A stretch of DNA of 64,000 nucleotides from positions 7,057 to 71,056 of the forward strand of contig CAYMJJ010000002.1 of the NCBI GenBank assembly GCA_964390445.1, written 5' to 3'. Shown piece by piece: positions 10,282 through 19,693 of this stretch. Position numbers and translations under genes: made by a program. Under the pieces are notes generated by a model. It did not search any database. It saw only the letters and a list, made by a program, of their open reading frames with translations, and was not told the origin of the DNA. The number at the start of each line of letters is the position of its first letter. Position 1 is the first letter of the stretch. Origin of the DNA: an uncultured Anderseniella sp. GTDB lineage: Bacteria; Pseudomonadota; Alphaproteobacteria; Rhizobiales; Aestuariivirgaceae.

Positions 10282-10522
10282 TGCGCCACAGGACATTTCG
10301 GCGATGACCTTCGAGGCCGCGCTGGCAGAGCTTGAAGCAATCGTCGAGAAGCTGGAGGCCGGCAAGGTCAGTCTTGAGGACTCGATTTCGATCTATGAGC
10401 GCGGCGAAAAGCTGAAAGCCCACTGCGACAGGCAACTCAAGGCCGCCGAGGCCCGCATCGAGAAGATCACGCTAAAGGCTGACGGGTCTGCCGGCGGCAC
10501 CGAACCGCTCGACGTGGATTGA
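10274..10522 (+). CDS. xseB: Exodeoxyribonuclease VII small subunit
   Basis: [34 protein letters not shown]. Confidence 0.95.
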   Translation: MSDAPQDISAMTFEAALAELEAIVEKLEAGKVSLEDSISIYERGEKLKAHCDRQLKAAEARIEKITLKADGSAGGTEPLDVD

Positions 10523-10531
10523 TCGCCACCC

Positions 10532-11281
10532 ATGAGCAGCGAGTCGAAACAACGACTCGATCAGGCGCTTGTGACGCGCGGACTTTCGCCCAGCCGCGCC
10601 CGTTCCAAAGACCTCATTGATCGAGGGTTTGTATCTGTAAACGATACAGTTTCTCGCAAGGTTGCTCAAATGGTTCAGGATTCGGACCATTTGGCGGTTT
10701 CTGATGCCGCAGGCGGTCATGTTTCTCGCGCCGCAGCAAAGCTCGTTGCGGCGCTCGACGGGTTTGGCATAGACGTTGCCGGCTGCGTATGCCTCGATAT
10801 CGGGGCCTCGACCGGCGGCTTCACGCAGGTGCTGATGGAGCGCGGCGCAGAACATGTGATCGCCATCGATGTGGGCCGTAACCAGATGCACCCCGCCATT
10901 GCCGCACTGCCCGGCGTGACGGTGATCGAGGGGCTGAATGCCCGCGACCTTGACCTGTCGCACCTGGGCGGGGCCGCGCTGGAGGTGATCGTCAGTGATG
11001 TCAGCTTCATCTCGCTGAAGCTGGCCTTGCCCCGGGCCTTGCACCTGGCATCGCCGGGTACTGTTCTGGTGGCGCTGATCAAGCCGCAATTCGAGGCGGG
11101 GCGAGACAACATCGGCAAGGGCGGCATCGTTCGCGACGAAGCCGTGCGCGAGCGGGTGTGTGAAGACATCCACACTTGGCTGGCGCAGGACATGGGCTGG
11201 CAGGTGCTGGGCCTGTTGCCCTCGCCGGTCACCGGCAGCGACGGCAACCAGGAATACCTGATTGCGGCGCGCAAGCCTTGA
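10532..11281 (+). CDS. tlyA: TlyA family rRNA 2'-O-methyltransferase
   Basis: S4 domain RLDQALVTRGL, VSRAAAKL, DIGASTGGFT, DVSFISL, KPQFEAG, GSDGNQE. Confidence 0.94.
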   Translation: MSSESKQRLDQALVTRGLSPSRARSKDLIDRGFVSVNDTVSRKVAQMVQDSDHLAVSDAAGGHVSRAAAKLVAALDGFGIDVAGCVCLDIGASTGGFTQVLMERGAEHVIAIDVGRNQMHPAIAALPGVTVIEGLNARDLDLSHLGGAALEVIVSDVSFISLKLALPRALHLASPGTVLVALIKPQFEAGRDNIGKGGIVRDEAVRERVCEDIHTWLAQDMGWQVLGLLPSPVTGSDGNQEYLIAARKP

Positions 11282-11312
11282 AACCTGTGCTCGCAAGGCG
11301 CATTTTGACACC

Positions 11313-12362
11313 ATGCTGAGTCCCATCGAAAAACTCTCCTATGCCGCCCGCCAGGGTGCCCGTGTTGCCTGGTATATGGGCCACGGCCTTGCCACCGGGC
11401 AGTTCCGCGAAACCAGGTCTGGCGTATCGGATGTCACCCGCGAACGCCCGCGCCAGAAAGGCCCCGGCCTTGAACGGCTGATGCGCGACCTTGCTGCCTG
11501 CTTCCAGCGCGACCTCGACAACGCGGCAAAGGGCTACTATCCCCTGCCGCGCGATGCCGACGGGTCGCCATCGCGTCTGATCAAGACCTCGCGCGCCTTC
11601 ATGGCGGATGTGCCCGTGGCGGCCGAGCGCAAGGCGCAAGGCAAGGGCACGGAAGTCTATTCGGCGGAAAAGGCGGATGAGTTGCCTGCCTATTTCCTGC
11701 AGAATTTCCACTATCAGACCGGTGGCTACCTGACCGAGGAGTCGGCCGAGATCTACGACATGCAGGTGGACGTGCTGTTTTCTGGCTCTACCAACGCCAT
11801 GCGGCGGGAATGCCTGGTGCCGCTGGCCCAGTGGATGCAGGGCCGCGACCAGCGCAAGGTGCATCTGGCCGATATTGCCTGTGGCACGGGCCGGTTTGGA
11901 CGCTTCGTGAAGCAGGCCTATCCGCGCATCAACCTGACCTTGTCGGACCTGTCAGACGCCTACCTGGCCGAAGCAAAACGCCACCTGTCCGACTATTCCG
12001 GAATCAGGTTTGAGGCCGCAAATGCGGAAAAACTGCCATTTGAAGACAGCAGCATCGACGTACTCACGGCGATCTTCCTGTTCCACGAGGTGCCGCCCAA
12101 GGTGCGCCGCATCATCGCGCGCGAGTGGGCTCGAGTGCTGAAACCCGGTGGCCGGCTGATCTTCATGGACTCGCTGCAACTGGGCGACGTGGCAGGATAC
12201 GACGGCATGTTGCAGTCGTTCCCGGTCAACTTCCATGAGCCGTACTATGGGAGCTACATCAAGGAAGACCTGGGCCGGATTTTCACTGACGCTGGCCTGA
12301 CCCATGTGGAAAGCCGTGCCGTTTTCCTGTCCAAGCTGGTGGTGTGCGACAAGCCGTCCTGA
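11313..12362 (+). CDS. Class I SAM-dependent methyltransferase (UbiE-like)
   Basis: YFLQNFHYQTGGYL, DIACGTGR, FLFHEVPP, RVLKPGG. Confidence 0.88.
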   Translation: MLSPIEKLSYAARQGARVAWYMGHGLATGQFRETRSGVSDVTRERPRQKGPGLERLMRDLAACFQRDLDNAAKGYYPLPRDADGSPSRLIKTSRAFMADVPVAAERKAQGKGTEVYSAEKADELPAYFLQNFHYQTGGYLTEESAEIYDMQVDVLFSGSTNAMRRECLVPLAQWMQGRDQRKVHLADIACGTGRFGRFVKQAYPRINLTLSDLSDAYLAEAKRHLSDYSGIRFEAANAEKLPFEDSSIDVLTAIFLFHEVPPKVRRIIAREWARVLKPGGRLIFMDSLQLGDVAGYDGMLQSFPVNFHEPYYGSYIKEDLGRIFTDAGLTHVESRAVFLSKLVVCDKPS

Positions 12363-13079
12363 TCAGCAGTCCAACTGGTCTGCCAGTTCGGTGAAACTGC
12401 CTGCCATATGGGTCCATGCCCCTTCGCGTGGCGGGGCAGTGACGACGCCGGGGCCAAACTCGTCAGGCCGCGCCACGTAAGCCGTCGCCAGGCCCAGTTC
12501 GGCAGCCGCTTCAAGATCATCCTGGTGGGCGGCGACCATCATGCATTCTTCGGGTTTCAGCCCCAGCGCATCCGCTGAGCCAAGATAGGCCTGGGCGTCC
12601 GGCTTGTAGGCCTGGGCGACTTCCGCGCCAAGGATCACGTCCCACGGCAGTCCGGCGCGCTTGGCCATGTTGGTGATCAGGGCAATATTGCCGTTCGAGC
12701 ACGGCGCGATGATGAATTTCGACTTGAGCCGGGTCAGCCCGTCGACTACGTCGGGCCACGGGTCCAACCGGTGCCATGCCGTGACAAGCCGGTGCCGGTC
12801 CTCGCCCGCGGGCGCGTCAAGGCCGTGACTGGCAAGACAGGCGAGCAGGTTTTCCTCGTGCAGGATGTCCAGTCGCACGAAACCTCTATTGCCCTCGCGG
12901 ATTCTTTGCATCGCAGGTTGATACAATCCACGCCATTCATCAGCAATAGTAGCCCAATCTGCTGCAATATGGTGAGTTCTACCCCATGCAGCCAGTTCCC
13001 GGATGATCCCGGAGCGCCAGTCTACCACCGTGCCGAACACGTCGAACAGCAATGCCCTGATGGGGTATCCGGCTGTCAT
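12363..13079 (-). CDS. Haloacid dehalogenase type II (HAD superfamily)
   Basis: [32 protein letters not shown]. Confidence 0.92.
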   Translation of the reverse strand: MTAGYPIRALLFDVFGTVVDWRSGIIRELAAWGRTHHIAADWATIADEWRGLYQPAMQRIREGNRGFVRLDILHEENLLACLASHGLDAPAGEDRHRLVTAWHRLDPWPDVVDGLTRLKSKFIIAPCSNGNIALITNMAKRAGLPWDVILGAEVAQAYKPDAQAYLGSADALGLKPEECMMVAAHQDDLEAAAELGLATAYVARPDEFGPGVVTAPPREGAWTHMAGSFTELADQLDC

Positions 13080-14170
13080 GACCGCTCACCGTTCTGGCCG
13101 CGATGGCGCAGGTAATGGTCGGCCAGCACGATGGCCATCATGGCTTCGCCCACTGGCACCGCGCGAATGCCGACGCACGGGTCATGCCGGCCCTTGGTGA
13201 CGATGTCGGTGTCGTTGCCCTGCGAATCGACCGTGCGGCGCGGAGTGAGAATCGAAGATGTCGGCTTGACCACGAACCGGCATACCACGTCCTGGCCCGT
13301 CGAGATGCCGCCCAGAATGCCACCGGCATTGTTGGACAGGAATTCCGGCTTGCCATCCTTCATGCGGATTTCATCGGCGTTTTCCTCGCCGGTGATGGCG
13401 GCTGCCTCAAACCCGTTGCCGATTTCGACACCCTTGACGGCGTTGATGCTCATCATGGCCGAGGCGAGGTCCTGGTCGAGCTTGCCATAGACGGGCGCAC
13501 CCCAGCCTGCCGGCACACCGGTCGCGACCACCTCGATCACCGCGCCGCACGATGAACCGGCCTTGCGGATGCCGTCGAGGTAGGCTTCCCAGGCGGTAGC
13601 GGCTTGTGCATCGGGGCAGAAGAACGGGTTGTTGTTGACCTCCGCCCAGTCCCAGTTGTCGCGGTTGATCCTGTGCGGGCCCATTTGCACCAGCGCGCCG
13701 CGCACCTCGACCTGCGGGATGACCTTGCGGGCAACCGCGCCTGCCGCCACGCGCGCAGCGGTTTCGCGCGCAGATGAGCGTCCGCCGCCGCGATAGTCGC
13801 GCACGCCATACTTCTGCATGTAGGTGAAATCGGCGTGGCCCGGGCGATACTTGTCGCGAATCTCCGAGTAATCCTTCGAGCGCTGGTCGACGTTCTCGAT
13901 CATCAGCGCGATGGGGCTGCCGGTGGTGATTTGCCCGCCGGTGCGGTCGTCCTCGAAAACGCCCGACAGGATGCGGACCTGGTCAGGCTCGCGGCGCTGC
14001 GTGGTGAAGCGGTTCTGGCCGGGTTTGCGCTTGTCGAGGAAACCCTGGATATCGGCCTCGGTCAGCTTCAACCCCGCAGGGCAGCCGTCCACGACGCACC
14101 CGAGCGCCACCCCGTGGCTCTCACCGAACGTGGTGATGCGGAACAAGTGGCCGAACGAATTGTGTGACAT
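13076..14170 (-). CDS. aroC: Chorismate synthase
   Basis: [37 protein letters not shown]; start MSHNSFG. Confidence 0.97.
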   Translation of the reverse strand: MSHNSFGHLFRITTFGESHGVALGCVVDGCPAGLKLTEADIQGFLDKRKPGQNRFTTQRREPDQVRILSGVFEDDRTGGQITTGSPIALMIENVDQRSKDYSEIRDKYRPGHADFTYMQKYGVRDYRGGGRSSARETAARVAAGAVARKVIPQVEVRGALVQMGPHRINRDNWDWAEVNNNPFFCPDAQAATAWEAYLDGIRKAGSSCGAVIEVVATGVPAGWGAPVYGKLDQDLASAMMSINAVKGVEIGNGFEAAAITGEENADEIRMKDGKPEFLSNNAGGILGGISTGQDVVCRFVVKPTSSILTPRRTVDSQGNDTDIVTKGRHDPCVGIRAVPVGEAMMAIVLADHYLRHRGQNGERS

Positions 14171-14257
14171 GGATGGGCACCCTCTGATGCCTGCTATGTA
14201 GGCGAGGGTGCCCGGTTGCGTCAAACCCTTATGGGAGGGGATGCCTCCGGCGGCTGC

Positions 14258-14641
14258 CTAGCGGGCATATACCCGCATGACCGGCGACCGGCCTGGCAGG
14301 ATCTTGGAGTAGCGCACCACAATGCGGCGGATGTCACGCCGGTTGCCGCGCAGGTCGATTGCGCGCGAACAGGTACCCGGCAGGAACAGGTTGCGCAGCG
14401 CCACGTCCTGGCGTGCACCGTTGCGAAACACCACCTGCATCCGCTGCATGGCCAGCGGCGCACGCGACACGCACACCCTTACTGCACGATGCCGGTCGCG
14501 GCCTCGAACGGTGATGACGTCGCGATCACGCAGGTGGTCGGCCTGTTTCGTACCGATCAGTTCCCACGCATGGGCCGGGGCAGCAACGGCCATCAGGCTG
14601 ACGGCGATGGCTGCAGCAAAAAGGACAGATCTGAAGGTCAT
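14258..14641 (-). CDS. Secreted DUF2541/YaaI-like protein
   Basis: Signal peptide ending AHA, then WELIG...DRDVITV...VVFRNG...SRAIDLRG. Confidence 0.75.
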   Translation of the reverse strand: MTFRSVLFAAAIAVSLMAVAAPAHAWELIGTKQADHLRDRDVITVRGRDRHRAVRVCVSRAPLAMQRMQVVFRNGARQDVALRNLFLPGTCSRAIDLRGNRRDIRRIVVRYSKILPGRSPVMRVYAR

Positions 14642-14731
14642 GTGACTCAAAGCTCCGCGGTTGAACCGGCGCCAGATTTGCGCATCGTTTGCGGTATTCT
14701 TGTGACATTGCGTTGCCGTTGGGTCAGCGGA

Positions 14732-15325
14732 TTACCGGGCCTTGAACCACTCGATCCCGCCGTCCTTCAGCCGGTAAAATTTCCATTGCGGATTGCGCAG
14801 CAGAACCAGTTCATCAGGTGCCAGTCCAAGCACCAGCCCGCGCACGATCCGGCTGATGCCGCCATGTGCCACGACCAATGTTGGCCCGGTCAGGCTGTCG
14901 AGCCAGTCACGCACTCTGGCGGTGGCATCGGCGTAGCTCTCGCCGCCGCCGGGCCGCCAGCCGTGGTAGCCTTCCGGGTCACGGTCAGGGTCAATGCCAA
15001 GCCCGTTCAACTCTGGCCACGTCTTGCCTTCAGCCTCGCCGAAGTTCAACTCGATCAGACGCTCGTCGACCATTGCTGGATGATCTGGCGTGCCGAATGC
15101 ATCCAAGATGTGGGCAAGCGTCTGCCTTGGCCGTTTCAAAGGGCTGACATGGACCTGCAAGCCGTCAAGGCTGGCATGTTGATTTCGCAGCACCTGTGCG
15201 ATGGCCTTTGCCTGGGCGTGGCCGGTTTCATTCAGCGCAATGTCGGTCTGGCCCTGGATGCGCCGCGTCTTGTTCCAGTCGGTCTCGCCATGCCGCACGA
15301 ACCAGATTTCGGGGTAACAGCGAAT
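14732..15325 (-). CDS. Histidine phosphatase (phosphoglycerate mutase family); start codon non-canonical or uncertain
   Basis: RHGETDWN, SPLKR, ELNFG, GGESY, VAHGG. No ATG/GTG/TTG lies between the fabI stop and the first beta-strand; ATT at 15325 is proposed. Confidence 0.85.
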   Translation of the reverse strand: MRCYPEIWFVRHGETDWNKTRRIQGQTDIALNETGHAQAKAIAQVLRNQHASLDGLQVHVSPLKRPRQTLAHILDAFGTPDHPAMVDERLIELNFGEAEGKTWPELNGLGIDPDRDPEGYHGWRPGGGESYADATARVRDWLDSLTGPTLVVAHGGISRIVRGLVLGLAPDELVLLRNPQWKFYRLKDGGIEWFKAR

Positions 15326-15327
15326 GG

Positions 15328-16149
15328 TTACTCGCCCTGTTCCAGGCTCATGTCGGGCGCGTAGGGGTTCTTCATGCCCACGACATGATAGCCCGAATCG
15401 ACGTGCAGGATTTCCCCGGTCACGCCGCGGCTCATGTCGGACAGCAGGTAGGCGCCTGAATCGCCGACCTCTTCGATGGTCACCGTGCGGCGCATCGGCG
15501 AGTTGTGCTCGTTCCACTTCAAGATGTAACGGAAGTCGCCGATGCCGGAGGCGGCCAGCGTCTTGATCGGGCCGGCGGAAATGGCGTTGACGCGGATATT
15601 CTTTGGGCCGAGATCTGCGGCAAGATAGCGGACCGAGGCTTCAAGCGCGGCCTTGGCCACGCCCATCACGTTGTAATGCGGCATCCACTTTTCAGCGCCG
15701 TAATAGGTCAGCGTCAGCAGCGAGCCGCCATCCGTCATCAGCTTTTCAGCGCGCTGGGCGACGGCCGTGAACGAGTAGCACGAGATGTTGAGTGTGCGGT
15801 TGAAGTTGGCCTCGCTGGTGTCGACATACCGGCCTGTCAGTTCGTCCTTGTCGGAAAACGCGATGGCGTGGACCACGAAGTCCAGCTTGCCCCACTGCTT
15901 TTCCAGTTCGGCGAAGGTCGCGTCCATGGAGGCGCTATCGGTGACGTCGCATTCCAGCACGATGGAGGAGCCAAGCTGTTCGGCCAGTGGCCGCACGCGC
16001 TTGCCAAGTGCCTCGCCCTGGTAGGTGAAGGCAAGTTCTGCCCCATGGCTGTGCGCCGCCTTTGCAATGCCCCAGGCGATAGACCTGTTGTTGGCCACGC
16101 CCATCACAAGCCCGCGCTTGCCGGCCATGATCGATCCCGTCTGGGTCAT
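15328..16149 (-). CDS. fabI: Enoyl-ACP reductase FabI
   Basis: GVANNRSIAWGIA, YNVMGVAKAALE, AGPIKTLAA. Confidence 0.96.
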   Translation of the reverse strand: MTQTGSIMAGKRGLVMGVANNRSIAWGIAKAAHSHGAELAFTYQGEALGKRVRPLAEQLGSSIVLECDVTDSASMDATFAELEKQWGKLDFVVHAIAFSDKDELTGRYVDTSEANFNRTLNISCYSFTAVAQRAEKLMTDGGSLLTLTYYGAEKWMPHYNVMGVAKAALEASVRYLAADLGPKNIRVNAISAGPIKTLAASGIGDFRYILKWNEHNSPMRRTVTIEEVGDSGAYLLSDMSRGVTGEILHVDSGYHVVGMKNPYAPDMSLEQGE

Positions 16150-16318
16150 GGACAACGCCCTCTCACATGAAAAATGACATCGGATTTCGAATAGGAAGGT
16201 GTAATTGCACGAAATGCTGGTGTTGGCAAACCAGGAATCGCCGCCCTTGCACAACCGCGCGAGCAATGGCCATATCTGTGCATCAGCCCCAGTGCCCCAA
16301 GCTTTCGCCGGAGACCCC

Positions 16319-16930
16319 ATGACCGAGACGCCGACAGATTTTACCGTTCGCGATGAACCCCTCGAACTGTTCGGAGACTGGCTTGAGGACGCGACCGCCA
16401 GCGAGCCGAACGACCCCAACGCCATCAGCCTGGCCACGGTGGATGCAGACGGCCTGCCCAACGTGCGCATGGTGCTGCTGAAGGGTTATGATGCGCGCGG
16501 GTTCGTGTTCTACACCAACACCGAAAGCCAGAAGGGCACCGAGATACTTGGCCAGATGAAGGCGGCGTTCTGCCTGCACTGGAAAAGCCTGCGCCGACAG
16601 GTGCGGGTGCGCGGGCTGGTCGAGCAGGTCAGCATCGAGGAAGCCGACGCCTATTATGCGTCGCGTCCGCGCGACAGTCGCATCGGGGCATGGGCCTCAC
16701 AGCAGTCACGCCCGCTGGAAAGCCGCTTTGCGCTCGAAAAGGCCGTTGCCCGCTATACCGCGAAGTACGCTATCGGCGAGGTTCCAAGGCCGCCATACTG
16801 GACCGGGTTTCGCATCAAGCCGCTGTACATGGAGTTCTGGAAGGACGGCGCATTCCGCCTGCATGACCGGGTGGTGTTCCGCCGTGACTCTCCGGACGAG
16901 GACTGGAGCAAGTGGCGGCTTTATCCTTGA
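16319..16930 (+). CDS. pdxH: Pyridoxine/pyridoxamine 5'-phosphate oxidase
   Basis: [33 protein letters not shown]-terminal LYP. Confidence 0.96.
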   Translation: MTETPTDFTVRDEPLELFGDWLEDATASEPNDPNAISLATVDADGLPNVRMVLLKGYDARGFVFYTNTESQKGTEILGQMKAAFCLHWKSLRRQVRVRGLVEQVSIEEADAYYASRPRDSRIGAWASQQSRPLESRFALEKAVARYTAKYAIGEVPRPPYWTGFRIKPLYMEFWKDGAFRLHDRVVFRRDSPDEDWSKWRLYP

Positions 16931-16974
16931 GCCGCGATGGCCTATAGCTTGAGCCCAGCCAACCGGAGCCGACC

Positions 16975-17736
16975 ATGCCCATGTCCCAGACAGATAACGC
17001 CGATCGCAAGACCCTGATCCTGACGGGTGCCTCGCGCGGCATTGGCCACGCCACGGTCAAGCGGTTCTCGTCGGCAGGGTGGCGGGTCATCACCTGCTCG
17101 CGGCACCCGTTTCCAGAGAACTGCCCGTGGGAGATGGGTCCGGAAGACCACATCCAGATCGACCTGTCGAACATGGATGACGTGGCGCGCGGCATCGGCG
17201 AAATGCGCGAACGGTTGAAGGACCAGGGCTCGCGCCTCAATGCGCTGATCAACAACGCCGCCATCTCGCCCAAGCTGGAAGGTGGCGCGCGCATGAACAC
17301 CTTCGACACCAGTTCCGACGCCTGGCTGCACGTGTTCAACGTGAACTTCTTTGCACCCGTCATGCTGGCCCGTGGCCTGGTCGAGGAACTGAAGGCCGCG
17401 CAAGGGTCCGTCGTCAACGTGACGTCGATTGCCGGCACCTCGATCCACCCCTTTGCCGGTTCTGCCTACTCCACCTCAAAGGCGGCACTGGCCTCGCTGA
17501 CGCGTGAAATGGCCAATGATTTCGGCCCGCTCGGCGTGCGCGTCAATGCCATCTCGCCGGGCGAGATCGAAACCTCGATCCTGTCGCCGGGCACCGAGAA
17601 GATCATCCCCAGCATTCCGCTGCGCCGGTTGGGCCAGCCGGAAGAGGTGGCCAAGGCGATCTACTTCCTGTGCACCGATGCCTCGTCCTATGTGACCGGC
17701 GCTGAAATCCACATCAATGGCGGCCAGCATGTCTGA
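16975..17736 (+). CDS. Short-chain dehydrogenase/reductase
   Basis: TGASRGIG, NNAA, YSTSK, NAISPG. Confidence 0.93.
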   Translation: MPMSQTDNADRKTLILTGASRGIGHATVKRFSSAGWRVITCSRHPFPENCPWEMGPEDHIQIDLSNMDDVARGIGEMRERLKDQGSRLNALINNAAISPKLEGGARMNTFDTSSDAWLHVFNVNFFAPVMLARGLVEELKAAQGSVVNVTSIAGTSIHPFAGSAYSTSKAALASLTREMANDFGPLGVRVNAISPGEIETSILSPGTEKIIPSIPLRRLGQPEEVAKAIYFLCTDASSYVTGAEIHINGGQHV

Positions 17737-18871
17737 CAGCCCCCGCCGCCGGCCCGAGACCATCGCCGCGCAGGCGCTGGACGCGGTGGATGCTGCAACC
17801 GGTGCAATCGTACCTCCGCTGCATACGGCCACCACCTATGCCCGCAACTCTGATTACGGCCTCATCGGCAAGCATCTGTATTCGCGCTATGGCAACGAGA
17901 CGATTGACCATGCCGAGCGCATCATAGCAACGCTGGACGACGGCGAAGCCGCAATGGTGTATGCTTCCGGACTGGCCGGTGTTGCTGGCCTGCTGGAAAC
18001 GCTGAAACCGGGTGCGAAGGTTGTCGCGCCTGCGATCTTCTACTGGGGTAGCCGCGACCTGCTCAACCACATGCATCGCACCGGCCGGATCAGTGTCGAA
18101 TACGTGGACATGACCGATGCCACCGCTGTGCATGACGCACTTGTGGGGGCCGAACTGTTGTGGATGGAAACGCCGGTCAACCCGACCTGGGACGTGGTCG
18201 ACATCCGTGCCATGGCAGATATGGCGCACGAGGCAGGGGCCATCCTGGCGGTGGACTCGACCTCGGCAAGTCCTGCCGTCACGAGACCGCTCGAACATGG
18301 TGCCGACATCGTGTTTCATTCTGTCACCAAGTATCTCAACGGCCATTCGGACGTGCTCGGCGGGGCGCTGGTGACGAAGCTCGATGACGAGCGCTGGAAA
18401 GCCGCAAAGCACGTGCGTGCCATTACCGGCGGCATTCTTGCGCCGTTTGAAAGCTGGCTGTTGATCCGTGGCATGCGCACGCTCTACGTGCGGGTGAGGC
18501 AGGCCAGCGACAACGCACTTACCATTGCCCGCCACCTTGAGCATCACGCCAGGGTGGAGAAGGTGCTCTATCCGGGTCTGCAATCGCACCCCGGCCACGA
18601 GGTTGCCCGGCGCCAGATGGATGGTGGGTTCGGTGGCATGCTGTCGGTATGCGTCAGGGGCGGCATGGAAGAGACCGGCCGTTTCGTGCGCGCGCTGAAG
18701 CTGTTCCTGCCGGCCACGTCGCTGGGCGGCGTCGAGAGCCTGGTGGAACACCGCAAGGTGATCGAGGGACCGGATAGCCCGATCGCCGATAACCTCGTGC
18801 GCATTTCTGTCGGCATCGAGGCGGTGGACGACCTGATCGGCGACCTTGAACAGGCGCTGGACAGGGTATGA
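17729..18871 (+). CDS. PLP-dependent cystathionine gamma-synthase/lyase family enzyme
   Basis: YSRYGN, ETPVNP, HSVTKYLNGHSD, SLGGVESL, RISVGIE. Confidence 0.92.
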   Translation: MSDSPRRRPETIAAQALDAVDAATGAIVPPLHTATTYARNSDYGLIGKHLYSRYGNETIDHAERIIATLDDGEAAMVYASGLAGVAGLLETLKPGAKVVAPAIFYWGSRDLLNHMHRTGRISVEYVDMTDATAVHDALVGAELLWMETPVNPTWDVVDIRAMADMAHEAGAILAVDSTSASPAVTRPLEHGADIVFHSVTKYLNGHSDVLGGALVTKLDDERWKAAKHVRAITGGILAPFESWLLIRGMRTLYVRVRQASDNALTIARHLEHHARVEKVLYPGLQSHPGHEVARRQMDGGFGGMLSVCVRGGMEETGRFVRALKLFLPATSLGGVESLVEHRKVIEGPDSPIADNLVRISVGIEAVDDLIGDLEQALDRV

Positions 18872-19683
18872 AACGCGGCATTGTCGCCATGGTGCTGGCG
18901 ACGTTGTCAGCCCAACCGCTTGCCGCCGAACCTGAACGCCTGCCCGATGGCCTGATGGCGAAAGGCACCAACGACATTGCCGAAGTCTGGCTGACCCGGC
19001 CAACGGACCGCTATGCCCACGGTATTCTGGGTGATGCCATCGAGGCGGGCGGTCTGATGGTAAGGACCCGCGACGGCGAGACGCTTGAACTGGTTCTGCC
19101 AGAGCAATTCGTGTTCGAGGACCGGCAGGCGCGCATCCATGATCTTGATGGCGATGGCCGCGACGAAATCATCGTCGTGCTGACCAGCGTGACCGAAGGC
19201 GGTGCGCTCGCCTTCTATGGCGTGCGCGACGGCAAGCTGGTGAAGCTGGCGCAGACCCCGCACATTGGCCGGCCCAACCGCTGGCTCAACCCGGCAGAGA
19301 TTGCTGACCTCGATGGTGATGGCAAACTGGAAATCGTTTTCGTGACCACGCCGCATTTGGGCAAGATCGTTGAGGTGTGGCGCTATCACGCGGCCAGGCT
19401 GAGCCGCGTCACCACCCTGGCCGGGTACTCGAACCACGTTATTGGTTCACCGGTTCAGGACATGACCGAAGTGGTCAACTCGGCCACACAGGGCCGCCTG
19501 CTCGCCATTCCTGCGGCGGACTATTCGACAGTCGCCTTCCTTAAACTCGAAGGTGACAAGCTGGCCGAGGTCGCCCGTGTGCGCGTTGGCGGCAGGATTA
19601 CTTCAGCCGTGACGCTGAATGAAAATGGCCGGCGGCTTGAGTTCGCCACCGGCCAGAAGAAACGTTCGATCAAGGTGCCGTGA
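18868..19683 (+). CDS. Secreted FG-GAP/VCBS repeat protein
   Basis: Signal peptide, PTDRYAHGILGDAIE, two DLDGDG repeats, PHIGRPNRWL. Confidence 0.85.
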   Translation: MKRGIVAMVLATLSAQPLAAEPERLPDGLMAKGTNDIAEVWLTRPTDRYAHGILGDAIEAGGLMVRTRDGETLELVLPEQFVFEDRQARIHDLDGDGRDEIIVVLTSVTEGGALAFYGVRDGKLVKLAQTPHIGRPNRWLNPAEIADLDGDGKLEIVFVTTPHLGKIVEVWRYHAARLSRVTTLAGYSNHVIGSPVQDMTEVVNSATQGRLLAIPAADYSTVAFLKLEGDKLAEVARVRVGGRITSAVTLNENGRRLEFATGQKKRSIKVP

Positions 19684-19693
19684 GGCCAGCAGG

